Source: Mobula hypostoma (Eukaryota). Taken from it: DNA of 64,000 bases. Positions within the stretch are counted from its first letter, which is position 1. Each line of letters opens with the position of its first letter. Location of the stretch: assembly GCF_963921235.1 (NCBI RefSeq), contig NC_086097.1, positions 64,110,001 through 64,174,000 of the forward strand, in the 5' to 3' direction. The notes under the pieces were generated by a model. The model was given only the letters and a program-made list of their open reading frames with translations, was not told the origin of the DNA and searched no databases. Positions 36,311-49,424 of the stretch are shown in pieces. A program made the position numbers and the translations under genes.

Positions 36311-37136
36311 TAGATAGATAGATAGATATACTTTATTAAACCCAAGGGAAATTTGGTTTTGTTACAGCCGCACCAACCAAGAATAGAGCGTAAATATAGC
36401 AACACAAAAAACCTCCAACAATCGAACAACAAAATGCAAACTATGCCAGATGGAAAATAAGTCCAGGACCAGTCTATTGGCTCAGGGTGTCTGACCCTCC
36501 ACGGGAGGAGCTGCAAGTTCGATGGCCACAGGCAGGAACGACCTCCCGTGCCGCCAAGTGTTGTATCACGGTGGAATGTGGCCGAAGTCCAACAGTGAAA
36601 AGTTCAATATCCAGTCTGCAAACACGTTCCTCGATTGTAATATACCCCGGATTGCACCATCCGTTGTTAGCCAGATCAGTAAGCACCCCATTCCTTCACG
36701 CTTACCGCTCTCGGTGAACTTCCGGTCAGCCGGAATGGTATTACCCACCGAACTCCTCTTCTCCAAAAGTCTCTGTTGTCTCCACCTTGTCCTCTTTCCT
36801 CGGCTTTGTGATCCCCCTCTGCATCCTCTGTGTGTTTTCCTCCGGATTTCAGCAGGGGTGTCCGCCACTCTGCTCGCTAAACCGGCCGGCATTTGCTGGT
36901 CCGTGGAATACACAATGCGACCTTGCTTCTGTCCCATGTGTCGAGATGTAACCATTTCCAGCGCTAAAGAAAACCCAAATAAAACTCTCTCTACCAGCAT
37001 ATTAGAGAGGGTGCAGCTTCAACATGTTACCGTGAGAAAAAAAAAAACGAAAAAATAACGTAAATTAAAAATTAAGAAGAAGAAAGTAAGAATAGATCGG
37101 AACGGCTGTACCAGACTGCATGCACGACCGGGGCAT
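36311..37136 (-). mobile_element. Internally deleted non-autonomous Rex1/Babar element
   Basis: 5'UTR, then the N-terminus (IVYS.DQ...RGCRGG) and APE pieces (ADR..TESGKR; NNGWCNPG.ITI.ERVC..DIEL..VGLRP), fused to a 3'UTR and (tatc)n tail. Confidence 0.75.
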
Positions 37137-38474
37137 GCAGAAATACTTAAAACACCCTTCGCCATGGGTGAGGTGCCAGAGGTCTGGAGGATAACTAAAA
37201 TTCCATTGTTTAAGAAAGGTGATAAGAATAAGCCAGGAATTTATAGGCCCTTAAGTCTGACATCTGTAGTGGGAAAAGTTATTGGAGGGTATGCTAAGGG
37301 ACCGGATATGTAAGTATTTGGATAGACAGGGGCTGATTAGGGATAGTCAACATGCCTTTGTGTGTGGTTAGTTGTGTTTAACCAATCTTATACAGTGTTT
37401 CAAGAAAGTTACCAGGAAGGGTGATGAAGGCAAGGCAGCGGATGTTGTCTACATGTAACTTAGCAAGGCCCTGAATGGGAGGTTGGTCAAGAATGTCCAG
37501 TTGTTCGGCATTCAAGGTGAGATAGTAAATTGGATTAGACATTGACTTTGTGGAAGGAACAGGCCTCTTTGGCTGGAGGCCTGTGACTAGTACTATGCTG
37601 CAGAGATCAGTGCTGCGATTTGTTGTTTAACATCCATATCAACGATCTGGATGTTAATGTGGTAAACTGGATCACACCATGCAGATGTTGCCATGATTAA
37701 TGTGTAGTAGACAGCGAGGAAGACTATCAAAGCTTGTAGCAGGTTCTGAACAAGCTGGTGAAATGGGCTGAAAAATAGCAGATGGAATTTAATGCAGATA
37801 GGTGTGAGGTTTTGCACTTTGGGAGGACCAGCTAGGGTAGGTCTTACACAATGATCGATAGGGCACTGAGGAATGTGGTAGAACAGATCCATAATTCCTT
37901 GAAAGTGGAATCACAGGGAGATAGCACAGTAAAGAAAGCTTTTGGCATGTCAGTCTTCATAAACCAAGGTATTGAGTACAGGATCTGGGATGTTATGTTG
38001 AAATTGTATAAGACTTTGGTGAGGCCTAATTTGGAGTATTGTGTCAAGTTTTGGTCACTTACCTAGAGGAAAGATGTAAATAAGATTGAGAGAGTGCAGA
38101 GAAAATTTACAAGGAAGTTGCGCAGACTTGAGTTCTAGAGAAAGATTGAACAGGTTAGGATTTCATTCCCTAGAACGTAGAAGATTTAGAGGAATAATTA
38201 TGCGGGGTGTAAGTAGAGTACATGCTGGCAGACTTTGTGCACTGAGGTTGGGTGAGACTAGAACTAGAGGACGTAGGTAAAGGGTGAAAGCTTAAATGTT
38301 TAAGGGGAACATGAGGTGTGAACTTCTTCAGTCAGAGGGTAGTGGGAACATGAAACGAGCGGCCAAATGATTGGTGCAGGGTCAATTTCAACATTTAAGT
38401 GAAATATGGATAAATACATGGATGGCAGGTAAATGGGACTAGGTAGGTTAATAGTTTGGCACGGATTAGACTGT

Positions 38475-41300
38475 AAGACCATGAGACACAAGAGCAGAAT
38501 TAGGCCATCTGGCCCATCGAGTCTGTTCTGCCATTCAATCATGGCTGATGCTTTTTTCTATCTCCTCCTCAACCCCAGTTCCTGACTTTCTCCCCATAAC
38601 CTTTGAAGCCATGTCCCATCAAGAACCTATCAATATCTGCCTTAAATACACCCAACAACCTGGCCTCCACAGCTGCATGTGGCAACAAAATCCACAAATT
38701 CACCACCATTTGGCTAAAGAAATTTCTCTGCATCTCTGTTCTGAAAGGGTAACCCTCTATCCTGAGGCTGTGCTGCCTTGCCCTAGACTCTCCCACCATG
38801 GGAAACATCCTTTCAACATCTACTCTTTCTAGGCCTTTCAACATTCGAAAGGTTTCAAAGAGAAACCTCCTCATTCTTCTGAATTCCAGCGAGTACAGAC
38901 CCAGAGCCATCAAACGTTCCTCATTTGATAACCCTTTCATTCCTGGAATCATCCTTGTGAACCTCCTCTGGACCCTCTCCAATCCCAGCTCATCTTTTCT
39001 AAGATGAGAAGCCCAAAACTGTTCACCAGTGCCTTATAAAGCCACAACATTACATCCTTGCTCTTGTATTCCAGACCTCTTGAAATGAATGCTAACATGG
39101 CATTTGTCTTCCTCACCACTAACTCAACCTGCAATTTAACCTACAGGGTGTTCTGCACAAGGACTCCTAAATTCCTTTGCATCTCAGATTCCTGTTTTCT
39201 TCCCGTTTAGAAAATAGTCCACACTTTTACTTCTACTACCAAAGTGCATGACCATGCATTTTCCAACATTGTATTTCATTTGCCACTTTCTTGCCCATTC
39301 TCCCAATCTGTCTAAGTCCTTCTGCATCCTACCTGTTTCCTCAACACTACCTGCCCCTCCACCAATCTTCATATCATCTGCAAACTTGGCAACAAAGCCA
39401 TCTATTCCATCATCTAAATCATTTATATACAGCATAAAAAGAAGTTGTCCCAACACCAATCCCTGCAGAACACGAATAGTCACTGGCAGCCAACCTGAAA
39501 AGGATCCTTTATTCCCACTCGCTGCTTCCTACCAATCAGCCAATGCTCCAACCATGTTAGTAACTTTCCTGTAATACCGTGGACTCTTATCTTGGTAAGC
39601 AGCCTCATGTGTGGCACCTTGTCAAAGGGCTTCTGAAAGTCCAAATATACAACATCCACTACATCCCCTTTATCTATCCTACTTGTAACCTCCTCAAAGA
39701 ATTCCACCAGGTTCATCAGGCAGGATTTTCCCTGAAGGAAATGATGCTGTCTTTATACTAGCTTGCCGTGTGTCACCAAGTACTCTATCACCTCATCCTT
39801 AAAAATTGACTCTAACATCTTCCCAACCATTGAAGTTAGGCTAACTGGTCTATAATTTCCTTTCTGCTGCCTTCCTCCTTTCTTAAAGAGTAGGGTAACA
39901 TTTGCAATTTTCCAGTCCTCTGGCACCATGCCAGAGTTCAATGATTTTTGAAAGATCATTTCCAACGCCACCACAATCTCTAACGTTAACTCTTTCAGAA
40001 CCCTAGGGTGCAGTTCCTCTGGTCTGGGTGACTTATGTACCTTCAGGCCTTTCAGCTTTTTGAGCACCTTCTCTCTGTAACAGTAACTGCACCCACTTCT
40101 GTTCCTTCACACACTACAAAATCAGGCAAACTGGTAGTGTCTTCCACAATGAAGACTGTCGAAAAATATTCATTTAGTTCATCAGCTGTTTCCTTTTCCC
40201 CCGTTATTATTCCTTCTGCCTCATTTTCTGGCGGTCCTATATCCACTCTCATTTCTCTTCTATTTTGAAAATATTTGAAAAAACTTTTACTATCCACTTT
40301 GATATTATTTGCTAGCTTGCTTTCATATTTCATCTTTTCCCTTCTAATAATGTTTTTAGTTGCTCTCTGTAGGCTTTTAAAAACTTCCCAGTCCTCTATC
40401 TTCCCTCTAAGTTTTGCTTTGTTGTATGCCCTTTCTTTTGCTTCCACAATAGCTTTGACTTCCCTTGTCAGCCACAGTTATACTATTTTACCATTTGAGT
40501 ATTTCTTCATCTTATGTCCTGTATCTTCCTCATTTTTCCCAGAAACGCACACCATTGCTGCTCTGCTGACATCACTGCTAGCAGCTCCTTCCAATTTACT
40601 TTGGCCATCTGCTCTCTCATACCACTGTAATTTCCCTAATTCCACTGAAATACTGTTACGTCAGACTTTACTTTCTCCCTATCAAATTTCAAATGTAACA
40701 CAATCATATTGTGATCATGGCCTTCTAAAGATTCTTTTACTTTAAGTTCCCTAATCGCCTCCAGTTTATTACATAACACCCAATCCAGTATAGCTGATCC
40801 CCTAGTAGGCTCAATGACAAACTGCTCTAAAAAGCTATCTCTTAGGCATTCAACAAATTCACTCTCTTGAGATCCATTATCAACCTGATTTTCCCAATCG
40901 ATCTGCATGTTAAAATCTCCCATGACTACCACAACATTGCCCTTTTGACTCACCTTTTCTATTTTCTGTTGTAACCTGTGGTCCACCTCCCAGCCACTCT
41001 TGGGAGGCCTGTATATAACTGCCAACAACGTCCTTTCACCCTTGCAGTTTCTTAACTCAACCCACAAGGATTCAACATCTTCCGATCTGATATCACATCT
41101 TTCTACTGATTTGATGCCATTCTTTACCAGCAGCGCCACACCACATCCTCTGCCAACCTTCCTATCCCTCCGATATAACGTGTAACCTTGGACATTCAGC
41201 TCCCAACTACAACCATCCTTCAGGCACGATTCAGTGATGGCCACAGCATCACACCTGGCAATCTGTAATATTGTAACAAGATCATCCACCTTATTCCTTA
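38475..41300 (-). mobile_element. Near full-length CR1 ORF2 (APE + RT), degraded
   Basis: ORF 40636-41319 has APE motifs (AITE, YRRDR, VIYRPP, MGDFN, DHN). RT motifs lie in ORFs 39753-40067, 39480-39716 and 39184-39483 (KFADD); the C-terminus is in 38569-38982. Confidence 0.95.
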
Positions 41301-41794
41301 TTACAATGAAATCTTGCACTCGTAAAATGCTTCTCAGTTAATGAAAGTGCCCTGAGGCGTTGCTACTCCTGAAGATACAGCTTCTTCTTCATCCCTTTTG
41401 GAGTTTGAGATGATTTGCTCCCACTACAGTTCTGTGCGTTTTGCGGTGGCTAATAGGTCAATGTGGGGATACAAATTCCTGCACAGAAGGAGCAGGATGT
41501 GCCTATTGAGAACAATGCGATCCGCACAGTACGGCTGACTGAGAGTAACTACAGCTTTGGTAGTGAGGAGTGGTGGTCCTGTTCAGGACGCTGGTGGTGG
41601 CCTGCTTATCCTTTCAGTGCATTTGTGGGGTCATGTCACCACACTGAGCGCACTTACAGGGACCGTTGCCGCAAGAAGGCAGTGTCCACCATCAAGGACC
41701 CCCGCCACCCAGACCATGCATTCTTATTGCTACTACCATCAGACAGGAGTTACAGGAGCCTTTGGTCCCACGCCACCAAGTTCAGGAACAATTG

Positions 41795-42024
41795 TGGTTA
41801 TGTCTTGTAACTCCAGAAATGAATCGAAGGAAATCCACGCAAGCTGGGATGATGGTCTACTTGGTTTTTCTTTAGTGGGGCACTCATATATGACACGGTG
41901 GTATAATGACATATGCCATTCATGTATTTCTTATATATAACCCGTAATGAATTATGGAGACAAGCAGAGAATACTTAATCAGACAATATATTTACAATAT
42001 TACTGAAGTATTAAAAACACTACA
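41795..42024. mobile_element. Probable short solo LTR (Gypsy-like)
   Basis: 230-bp insertion with TG...ACA ends and a 4-bp near-TSD attg/attc, interrupting Rex1 coding sequence. Confidence 0.5.
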
Positions 42025-42220
42025 ATTCTTACCTTATAACCGTCAGGCTCTTGAACAGGTGCAGATAACTTCACTCACTTCACAGTAACTGATTCCACAA
42101 CCTTCGGACTCACTTTCAATCACTCTACAACTCATGTTCTCAGTATTATTTAAGTATTTTTCTATTTGCGCAATTTGCCTTCTTCTGCACTTTAGTGGTT
42201 TCCCTGTCTTTTTGTATATA

Positions 42221-43817
42221 CAGTGGCATGCAAAAGTTTGGGTGCCCCAGTCAAAATTTCTGTTACTGTGAATAGTTAAGTGAGATAGAAGATGTACTGA
42301 TCTCCAAAAGTCATAAAGTTAAAGATAAAACATTCTTTTCAACATTTTAACCAGGATTAGTGTATTGCAGTATTTTTATTTTTTACAATTCTAGAGTGAT
42401 GAAAAGGAAAGGAGCATCATGCAAAAGTTTGGGCACCCCAAGAGATTTGAGCTCTCAGATAACTTTTACCAAGGTCTCAGACCTTAATTAGCTTGTTAGG
42501 GCTATGGCTTGTTCACAGTCATCGTTAGGAAAGGCCAGGTGATGCAAATTTCAAAGCTTTATAAATACCCTGACTCCTCAAACCTTGTCCCAACAATCAG
42601 CAGCCATGGGCTCCTCTAAGCAGCTGCCTAGTACTCTGAAAATTAAAATAAATGATGCCCACAAAGCAGGAGAAGGCTATGAGAAGATAGCAAAGCATTT
42701 TCAGGTAGCTGTTTCCTCAGTTCATAATGTAATTAAGAAATGGCAGTTAACAGGATCGGCGGAGGTCAAGTTAAGGTCTGGAAGACCAAGACAACTTTCC
42801 GAGGGAACTGCTCGTAGGATTGCTAGAAGGGAAAATCAAAACCCCCGTTTGACTGCAAAAGACCTTCAGGAAGATTTAGCAGACTCTGGAGTGGTGGTGC
42901 ACTGTTCTACTGTGCAGCGACACCTGCACAAATATGACCTTGATGGGAGAGTCATCAGAAGAAAACCTTTCCTGCATCCTCACCACAAAATTCAGCATCA
43001 GAAGTTTGCAAAGGAACATCTAAACAAGGCTGATGCATTGATGAAGTTAAAATAGAACTTTTTGGCCACAATGAGCAAAGGTATGTTTGGAGAAAAAAGG
43101 GTGCAGAATTTCATGAAAAGAACCCTCTCCAACTGTTAAGCACGGGGGTGGATCGATCATGCTTTGGGTTTGTGTCGCAGCCAGTGGCACGGGGAACATT
43201 TACTGGTAGAGGGGAGAATGAATTCAATTAAATACCAGCAAATTCTGGAAGCAAACATCACACCGTCTGTAAAAAAGCTGAAGATGAAAAGGGGATGGCT
43301 TCTACAATAGGATAATGATCCTAAACACAACTCAAAATCCACAATGGACTACCTCAAGAGGCGCAAGCTGAAGGTTTTGCCATGGCCCTCACAGTCCCCC
43401 GACCTAAACATCATCGAAAATCTGTGGATAGACCACAAAAGAGCAGTGCATGCAAGACAGCCCAAGAATCTCACAGAACTAGAAGCCTTTTGCAAGGAAG
43501 AATGGGTGAAAATCCCCCAAACAAGAATTAAAAGACTCTTAGCTGGCCACAGAAAGCATTTACAAGCTGTGATACTTGCCAAAGGGGGTGTTACTAAGAA
43601 CATGCAGGGTGGCCAAACTTTTGCTTTGGGCCCTTTTCCTTTTTTGTTATTTTGAAACTGTAAAAGATGGAAATAAAAAAATAATCTTGCTTAAAATATT
43701 AAACAAATGTGTCATCTTTAACTTCATGCCTTTTGGAAATCAGTCCATCTTTTATTCGCTTAGCTATTCACAGTAACAGAAATTTTGACCGGGGTGTCCA
43801 AATTTTGCATGCCACTA
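42221..43817 (+). mobile_element. Near full-length Tc1 transposon with long TIRs
   Basis: TA|cagtggcatgcaaaagtttggg ... ccaaattttgcatgccact. Internal direct repeat catgcaaaagtttgggcacccc at ~42418. Confidence 0.95.
42607..43600 (+). pseudogene. Tc1 DD34E transposase, disrupted
   Basis: HTH (GYEKIAKHFQVAVSSV), SGRP, DEVKIELFG, KHGGGSIM.W, and DNDPKH...WPSQSPDLNIIENLW with 34 residues between D and E. Frameshifts and a stop are present. Confidence 0.93.
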
Positions 43818-43959
43818 TATACAGTTTTCATAAATTATATTGTGTTTCTTTATTTTCCTGTAAGTGCCTGCAGGAAAATGAATCTCAAAGTGGTACATGG
43901 TGACATATGCATTCTTAGTTATTAAATTTATTTTTGACTTTTGATGCTTATGTCGAGAC

Positions 43960-44680
43960 AGTGCTGGTGTTTTTTCCCACCACTTCAGAAACACGTAGGA
44001 AGGCAGGAATCATTGCTGTCCTGTAGACCATGGAATTTGAGTTAGGTGTGAAGTTTTGAACTTCAAACATTCGACCAAAGGCCCATTGAAGCAATAGTGA
44101 ATTTCATCATTGATTACTGCCTTTGCCAAGAGATGGTTCAAGGGGTATGGAGAGCTTTCCCCCCCAGGGTTTTATTGTGAATCTCTGTTGCTGGTGGTTA
44201 GTGTAGTGGAAGCAAGTCGGTAGAGAAATTCTACTTTGTGGTCAGTGAGTGTAAGGCTCATCTTCTCATGCCTGGGGACTGAATCAATGATGTTTTGGAG
44301 ATCAGCCCCCAAACTCCTTTCCCAGTCATGTCCAAGTGCAATCACTTCTGCAGATTGCAACTTGGCTACTGAGATTTGGGTGACTTTGGTTCTGAAATGC
44401 AGGTTGTACAGTTTTCCACTAGTTCTGAAGCTTAGCTCCACCTCCACGAGAAGGCGGTGAAAGTGAGATGCTATATCACAGTGAGAAAGATTGGGAAAAA
44501 CAATAGGGCAATAATGCAGCCTTGTTTGATGTCATTTTTCACCAAAGTTGGCTCTTCTGTAGAATGTCGGTTAGTATCACAGCTTGCTTGTTATTACGGA
44601 GCAGACGCAAGGTGGAGGTGAATATCTGTGGGCAGGCAAACCAGATGAAGGTGTTCTGCAGTCCCTCCCGATAAACAACG
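43960..44680 (-). mobile_element. RTE-clade LINE fragment
   Basis: Reverse complement gives IKQGCIIA and VELSFRTSGKLYNL...ISVAKLQ.A, typical of RTE/BovB-like RT. Confidence 0.65.
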
Positions 44681-44739
44681 TCACAGAAGCCAATCAGTGA
44701 AAAACAAGGTTCCACAAACAGCTACTGTGATAAACAGAC

Positions 44740-44980
44740 AATCAGTTTAAGCGTCACTGGAAGATAAATATTTGTCAGACTGCAGGAAACCCATCAGTTA
44801 AAGACTTGGTCCGGAAGCCTTTCATTCCAAACTGGGAGGGTAGGTGGGGCCTTAGTTTAATATTTAGTTTGCAAGATGGTACATTTGACAAGGACAAAAC
44901 GCCTCAGCAATGCATTCTAGACCTGGTTCTTATGTCTGTGAGGTTGGATTTGAACTAAATACTTCCCAAGTCAATGGAGG
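44740..44980 (-). mobile_element. Ancient Deu-domain-like SINE remnant
   Basis: ggggccttagtttaatatttagtttgcaagatggtac...ggatttgaact resembles, from memory, the antisense Deu-SINE domain. Confidence 0.4.
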
Positions 44981-45534
44981 GTGGCTCTAAAAATGTTCAG
45001 GTCTTTATCCCAGCATTTAACACAGGACCACACCGACAGTCACCTCCACAATAAATTCAGTAGGCCAGCCTTTAATTTAGGTGGCCATTTCACTGGGCCC
45101 ATCCCCAGGCTTCCTCCGTGAGGTACGCAAGAAAAGCCTGAACTTTCTGAGATGGCCATGTTCCACTGTCAATCTACAAGGCGAGTCTGCACTTAACTTC
45201 AGGGGATCTCTGATGTTCAAGTCATGCATGGTGTAGAACAGAAACTCAGTAGTCAGGTCATGTGTGGGATGGTGGTTGTTAGTCTTGTGAGTGGAATTCC
45301 TCCCACTTCAGTGGAGCTGAACAGCTCCTGTCTCTAAACGGCTGAAAGAAACTTGTTAACTGGCTAATGAGTCAATAACTAAACTTTTTAAAAATTAAAA
45401 TACTTTAAAGCAAATGAAAAATATTTTTAATAAAACCTAAGAACCTATAAACCCTTATAGGCATGGAAAGATTAAAAATGACTAAAGGCTCATTTTATTA
45501 GAATACACAAATTACTTAATACCGAATGGGTGGT

Positions 45535-45967
45535 TATATCTGAAGCTGAGGGATGAACTGATAGAAGTGCAGTATATAAAATTACAAGAGGTAGAGAATC
45601 TTCTTTCCAGGGTAGAAATGTCAAATATTAGTGGGGGAGGGCAGTAATGTGAGAGGGGGAAAGTTTAAATGAGATGCACAAGACAAACTCTTTACACAGA
45701 GAGTGATGGGGGCTTGTAATACAATTCTGGGGAGATGGGGATATTTGGATGGTGGATTGCTGGTGGTGGTAGGGGAATGGAGAAATGAGATACAATAGTG
45801 ATGTTTGAGAAGCATTTAGACAGGAACATGAATAGAGGGGGAATGAAGCGATACGGACCAAGTGCAGGTGGAGGTATTGGCTTAAGTTAGCATCATGGGC
45901 AGTATAGACACTGTAGGCTGAAGGGCCTGTTCCTGCACTGTAATGTCTTATATCTTATGTTCTATGA
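45535..45967 (+). mobile_element. CR1 3' end, degraded
   Basis: ctgagggatgaactgatagaagt...tttacacagagagtg...gctgaagggcctgttcctg. Confidence 0.75.
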
Positions 45968-46661
45968 CCTTAATTCCTTGGAACCACTCCTTGACAGAGC
46001 TTACCTGACATTATCTGTTCAGTTAGATCGCCCAGGAAAACATCACATTCCAGTGTCAGGCTCCGGCATGAGTTCTTTCATAGCTGGTGAGCAGCTGCCA
46101 GCAACTTCTGGACATGCATGTCTGCAGGCGTCATGTGAGAACACTGAACCTGCTGCAGTTCACTACTAGGAATTGTTATCAGTCCTCTGCAGGAGAGCGG
46201 GCCTTTCCCAGTCAAATCATGATCAGCGGTCTTCACAAAATGTTCCTATGTTTACAGATCTAACATAAAACTGTAGAAATACAGAAAATAGGCAGGGGTA
46301 GGCTCTTGTTCCCTTTGTGACTGCTTCACCATTCTGTATAATCATCCATCTCAATACCATATAACCACACTCTCACCATACCACGATGCCTCTTGTGTCT
46401 AGAAAACGACTCTGATTTGACCTCTACAACCCTTGGTGTAGTGAATTGCACAGATTCATCTGAGTGAAGAATTTTCTCCCCATCATCTCAATCCTAACTC
46501 TCCTGCCCACCAACTCAAGATTATACCTCCTTGTTATAGACTCATTCGTCAGAGAAATAATTGTCTCACCCCCAGTCTGCATAGCTCTGATAGAATTTTG
46601 TAAGTTTGAATTGAATTCCCTGTCGAAGCTCACCTCATCCCAGGGATCAGCCAACTGTGTC

Positions 46662-46965
46662 CTTGGTGGTGTGGTGGTTAGTTCAATGCCTTACAGCTAG
46701 CTGTAGGATCGAGGTTTGATTTTCGCTGCTGTTTGTAAGGAGTTTGTATGTTCTTCCTGTGACCGTGTTTGTTTCCTCCGGGTGCTCTGGTTTCCTCCCA
46801 CAATCCAAAGGCATATGGGTTCGGGTGTGGGCATGCCATGTTGGCGCCACAGCAAGGCAACATTTGTGGGCTGCCCCAGTACAATCCTCGCTGATTTGAT
46901 TTGATGCAAGCAATGCATTTCACTATATGTTTTGATGTACATGTGACAAATAAAAGCAATCTTTA
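46662..46965 (+). mobile_element. tRNA-derived V-domain SINE with Rex1-type tail
   Basis: tggtgtggtggttag A box, ggagtttgtatgttc...tttcctccgggtgctctggtttcctcccaca V-type domain, and tail gtacatgtgacaaataaa. Confidence 0.8.
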
Positions 46966-47503
46966 ACCTATAGAAAACATAGCTTGTCTTTCATAAGTGG
47001 ACCATAACTGCACGCAATACATCAAGTATAATCTCAACAGGGCTCTGAAATCTATAGCAGGATATCCTTGCTCCTGCACACAAGTCCTCTTGCTGTGAAG
47101 ATCAAAAGGCGACTTGCTTTACCTTTTGATGTACCTGTATGTTTGCTTTAAGTGAGTGGTGTATAGAACACTGAAATTTCATTCAACATCAACACTTCCT
47201 GATCTAGCAGCTTTTAAAAAGTGCTGATCCCAGCCCTGAAACGGTGACTGTTTATTCCTTACCATAGATGCTGCCCGTCCAGCTGAGCTCCTCCAGCATT
47301 TTGTGTGTGTTGCTCAGCATTTAAAAAATACCCATTCCATTTCTTCTACTCAAGTGGATAGCTTCACCATCATTCACATTGCACTGACTCTGCCACATTT
47401 TTGCCCAATTACTCAATCCTTCTAAGACACTTTGAAGCCACGCTGTATCCTCTTCACAATTCATAATCATTTGCAAACTCATAATTGTTATATTGAAATA
47501 GAA

Positions 47504-47783
47504 AATAGGCATCCATTAGTCTCGTGAGACCATAGATTTGTGCCTTGGAAGGTTTCCAGGACGACCAGCAGTAGCCCATGCTGCAAGTCTCCCCTCTCCA
47601 CGCCACCGATGTTGTCCAAGGGAAGGGTACTAGGGCCGATACAGCTTGGCACCAGTGTTGTTGTAGAGTAATGTGTGGTTAAGTGCCTTGCTCAAGGACA
47701 CAACACACTGCCTCAGCTGAGGCTCGAACTAGCAACCTTCAGATCACTAGACCAACACCCTAACCACTTGGCCACATGCCAAC
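47504..47783 (-). mobile_element. tRNA-derived CORE-type SINE
   Basis: Reverse complement gtggccaagtggttagg (A box)...agttcgagcc (B box)...gtgtccttgagcaaggcacttaacc (CORE-like). Confidence 0.75.
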
Positions 47784-49424
47784 ATGTTATATTGATCCCC
47801 CATCAAAATCATTGATGTATATTATGAACAGCTGAGGCCTATCTACTGATCCCTACATACTCCCCTACTTGTCTCATGCCATCCTGAAAAAGACCCATTT
47901 ATTCTTACTCTCTGCTTCTTGGCTATTACTATAATTATTGGCTATTTGTATTATTATTATTTCTATAGTTACCTCCTTTATTAGTCTTTGGGTCTAAGTT
48001 TTGTTACACTGAATGTATTGAACTGTCACAGTTCTGCCAGACCTGAATAGTTGTGGTTCCAGGAACTCCCACTAAAGGAATTTCCACTTGTGGGTGACAC
48101 CTCTGCAAATCAAGAATTTTTCAAGTCTCTTCAGAAACTTGCAAAATAGTCAGGAAGCTCAGAATTCATCACATTCTGGTCTTTATCAATCATACTATTT
48201 TCACCAGCTGTAATTACCATAAATGCTTTGACCACAATGTTAAAATTCCACAAATCTCTGTTAATAGATCAAGCTGAACTGAAATTTGCCTTTTGATTTT
48301 GTGTTTTATATTCTGTGTTTTCATTTGGGTTTTTTTTTTGCCATTTGCAAGGGTGGGGGGGGATGTTTGATGTTGTTATTTTAATTTGGTGGGTTGGTTC
48401 CATGGTTCTTCTTTGTTTTGTGACTGTCTGTGGGGAAGATGAATTTCAGGGTTGTATACTACTAACATACTTTGATAAAAGTGTTCTTTGAATCTTTGGG
48501 ACAGACTATTCACAATTCAGTTTGAAATACTGTTTGTTTCCATTTTAAATACATTTAAAAATGTTTTTCTATTTCTTTTGTGTTTTTAAAATAGTCACAC
48601 CTGAAATATAGGCTGTCGAAAAAGCTACTTCTTAAAGTAACTGATTGTAAAGCCTCTATGGTGACTTTTTCTGGTATTGTTATTCCAGATAGATATTCCT
48701 GGAAAATAAACAGAGGAAGCAATCCAAAGATGAAGATTAGTCTCTGTTTTTTAAAGTAATAGCATGCCAAAGCATTGACGTCAAGCTTTTTCTAAACTGA
48801 AAATATAATATTTGAGTTTACATGGATAATTGGGGCAAAATTTAGCAGCCATTTCCAGATTAAATTTAGAGGTTGTCTACTATGTTCCATCGTTCAGGTT
48901 CCTGCTGATTCTCAGGGAATTTCTTTTGAACCACCAGCATACACGTGGGATTTCCATAGGTCTTCCACCAAAGTTTCAAGTGAGTGTTCGGAGAAACTCT
49001 GAGGAAATTTCAGGTTGGATGCATAGACTAACTTGTCAGGAAAGGAGAAAATCTCTAGAATTTTGGAAATGACTTAAGTAATGATTGGTCCTGTTCCAAA
49101 ATGTTTTTTAGAATTCATTCTTTAAAAGGCATAGAATGGTGCGTGAAATCCAAAACCCCCAAAAAAAAAACCTGGTGGAATTCTAGCACAATGAAGCATT
49201 TATACATGTAGAAATGTGGAAGTCCCCCTTAACCTGTATAATTGCTACAAACTGGGTGAGCTCATAACATTGATTCTCTGTGTCCAGCTCTTGCAAAAAT
49301 GTGTATCGTGCCACTGAGGTACAAACTGTGATCCTGGTAAAACACCCATAGCGTTAGTAAAATTATAAATAGTGAAACAGTGTGATGCAAAAGTAAAAGG
49401 AAATGGGAATTCTCAGATATCGTC

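Larger units (their letters stand above)
35440..38474 (+). mobile_element. Long degraded CR1 ORF2 with two Rex1-family insertions
   Basis: SDHNAI, LNWRKANFDGIRKDL, NPKDFYRYV, NYRP.SLTSVVGK and LVRPNLEYCV segments with many frameshifts. Confidence 0.9.
41620..43945 (+). mobile_element. Rex1/Babar 3' end split by a small LTR and a Tc1
   Basis: CRKKAVSTIKDP.HPDHA...PS.RSYRSL..HATKFRN. The 3'UTR resumes at 42025 and again after 43818. Confidence 0.8.
46255..47925 (-). mobile_element. Old CR1 remnant carrying SINE and pLTR insertions
   Basis: CR1-like tail at ~46270 and RT-like pieces (LQS.LE.LSNWAKMWQ.Q.NV). A pLTR fragment lies at ~47230-47315. Confidence 0.65.
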
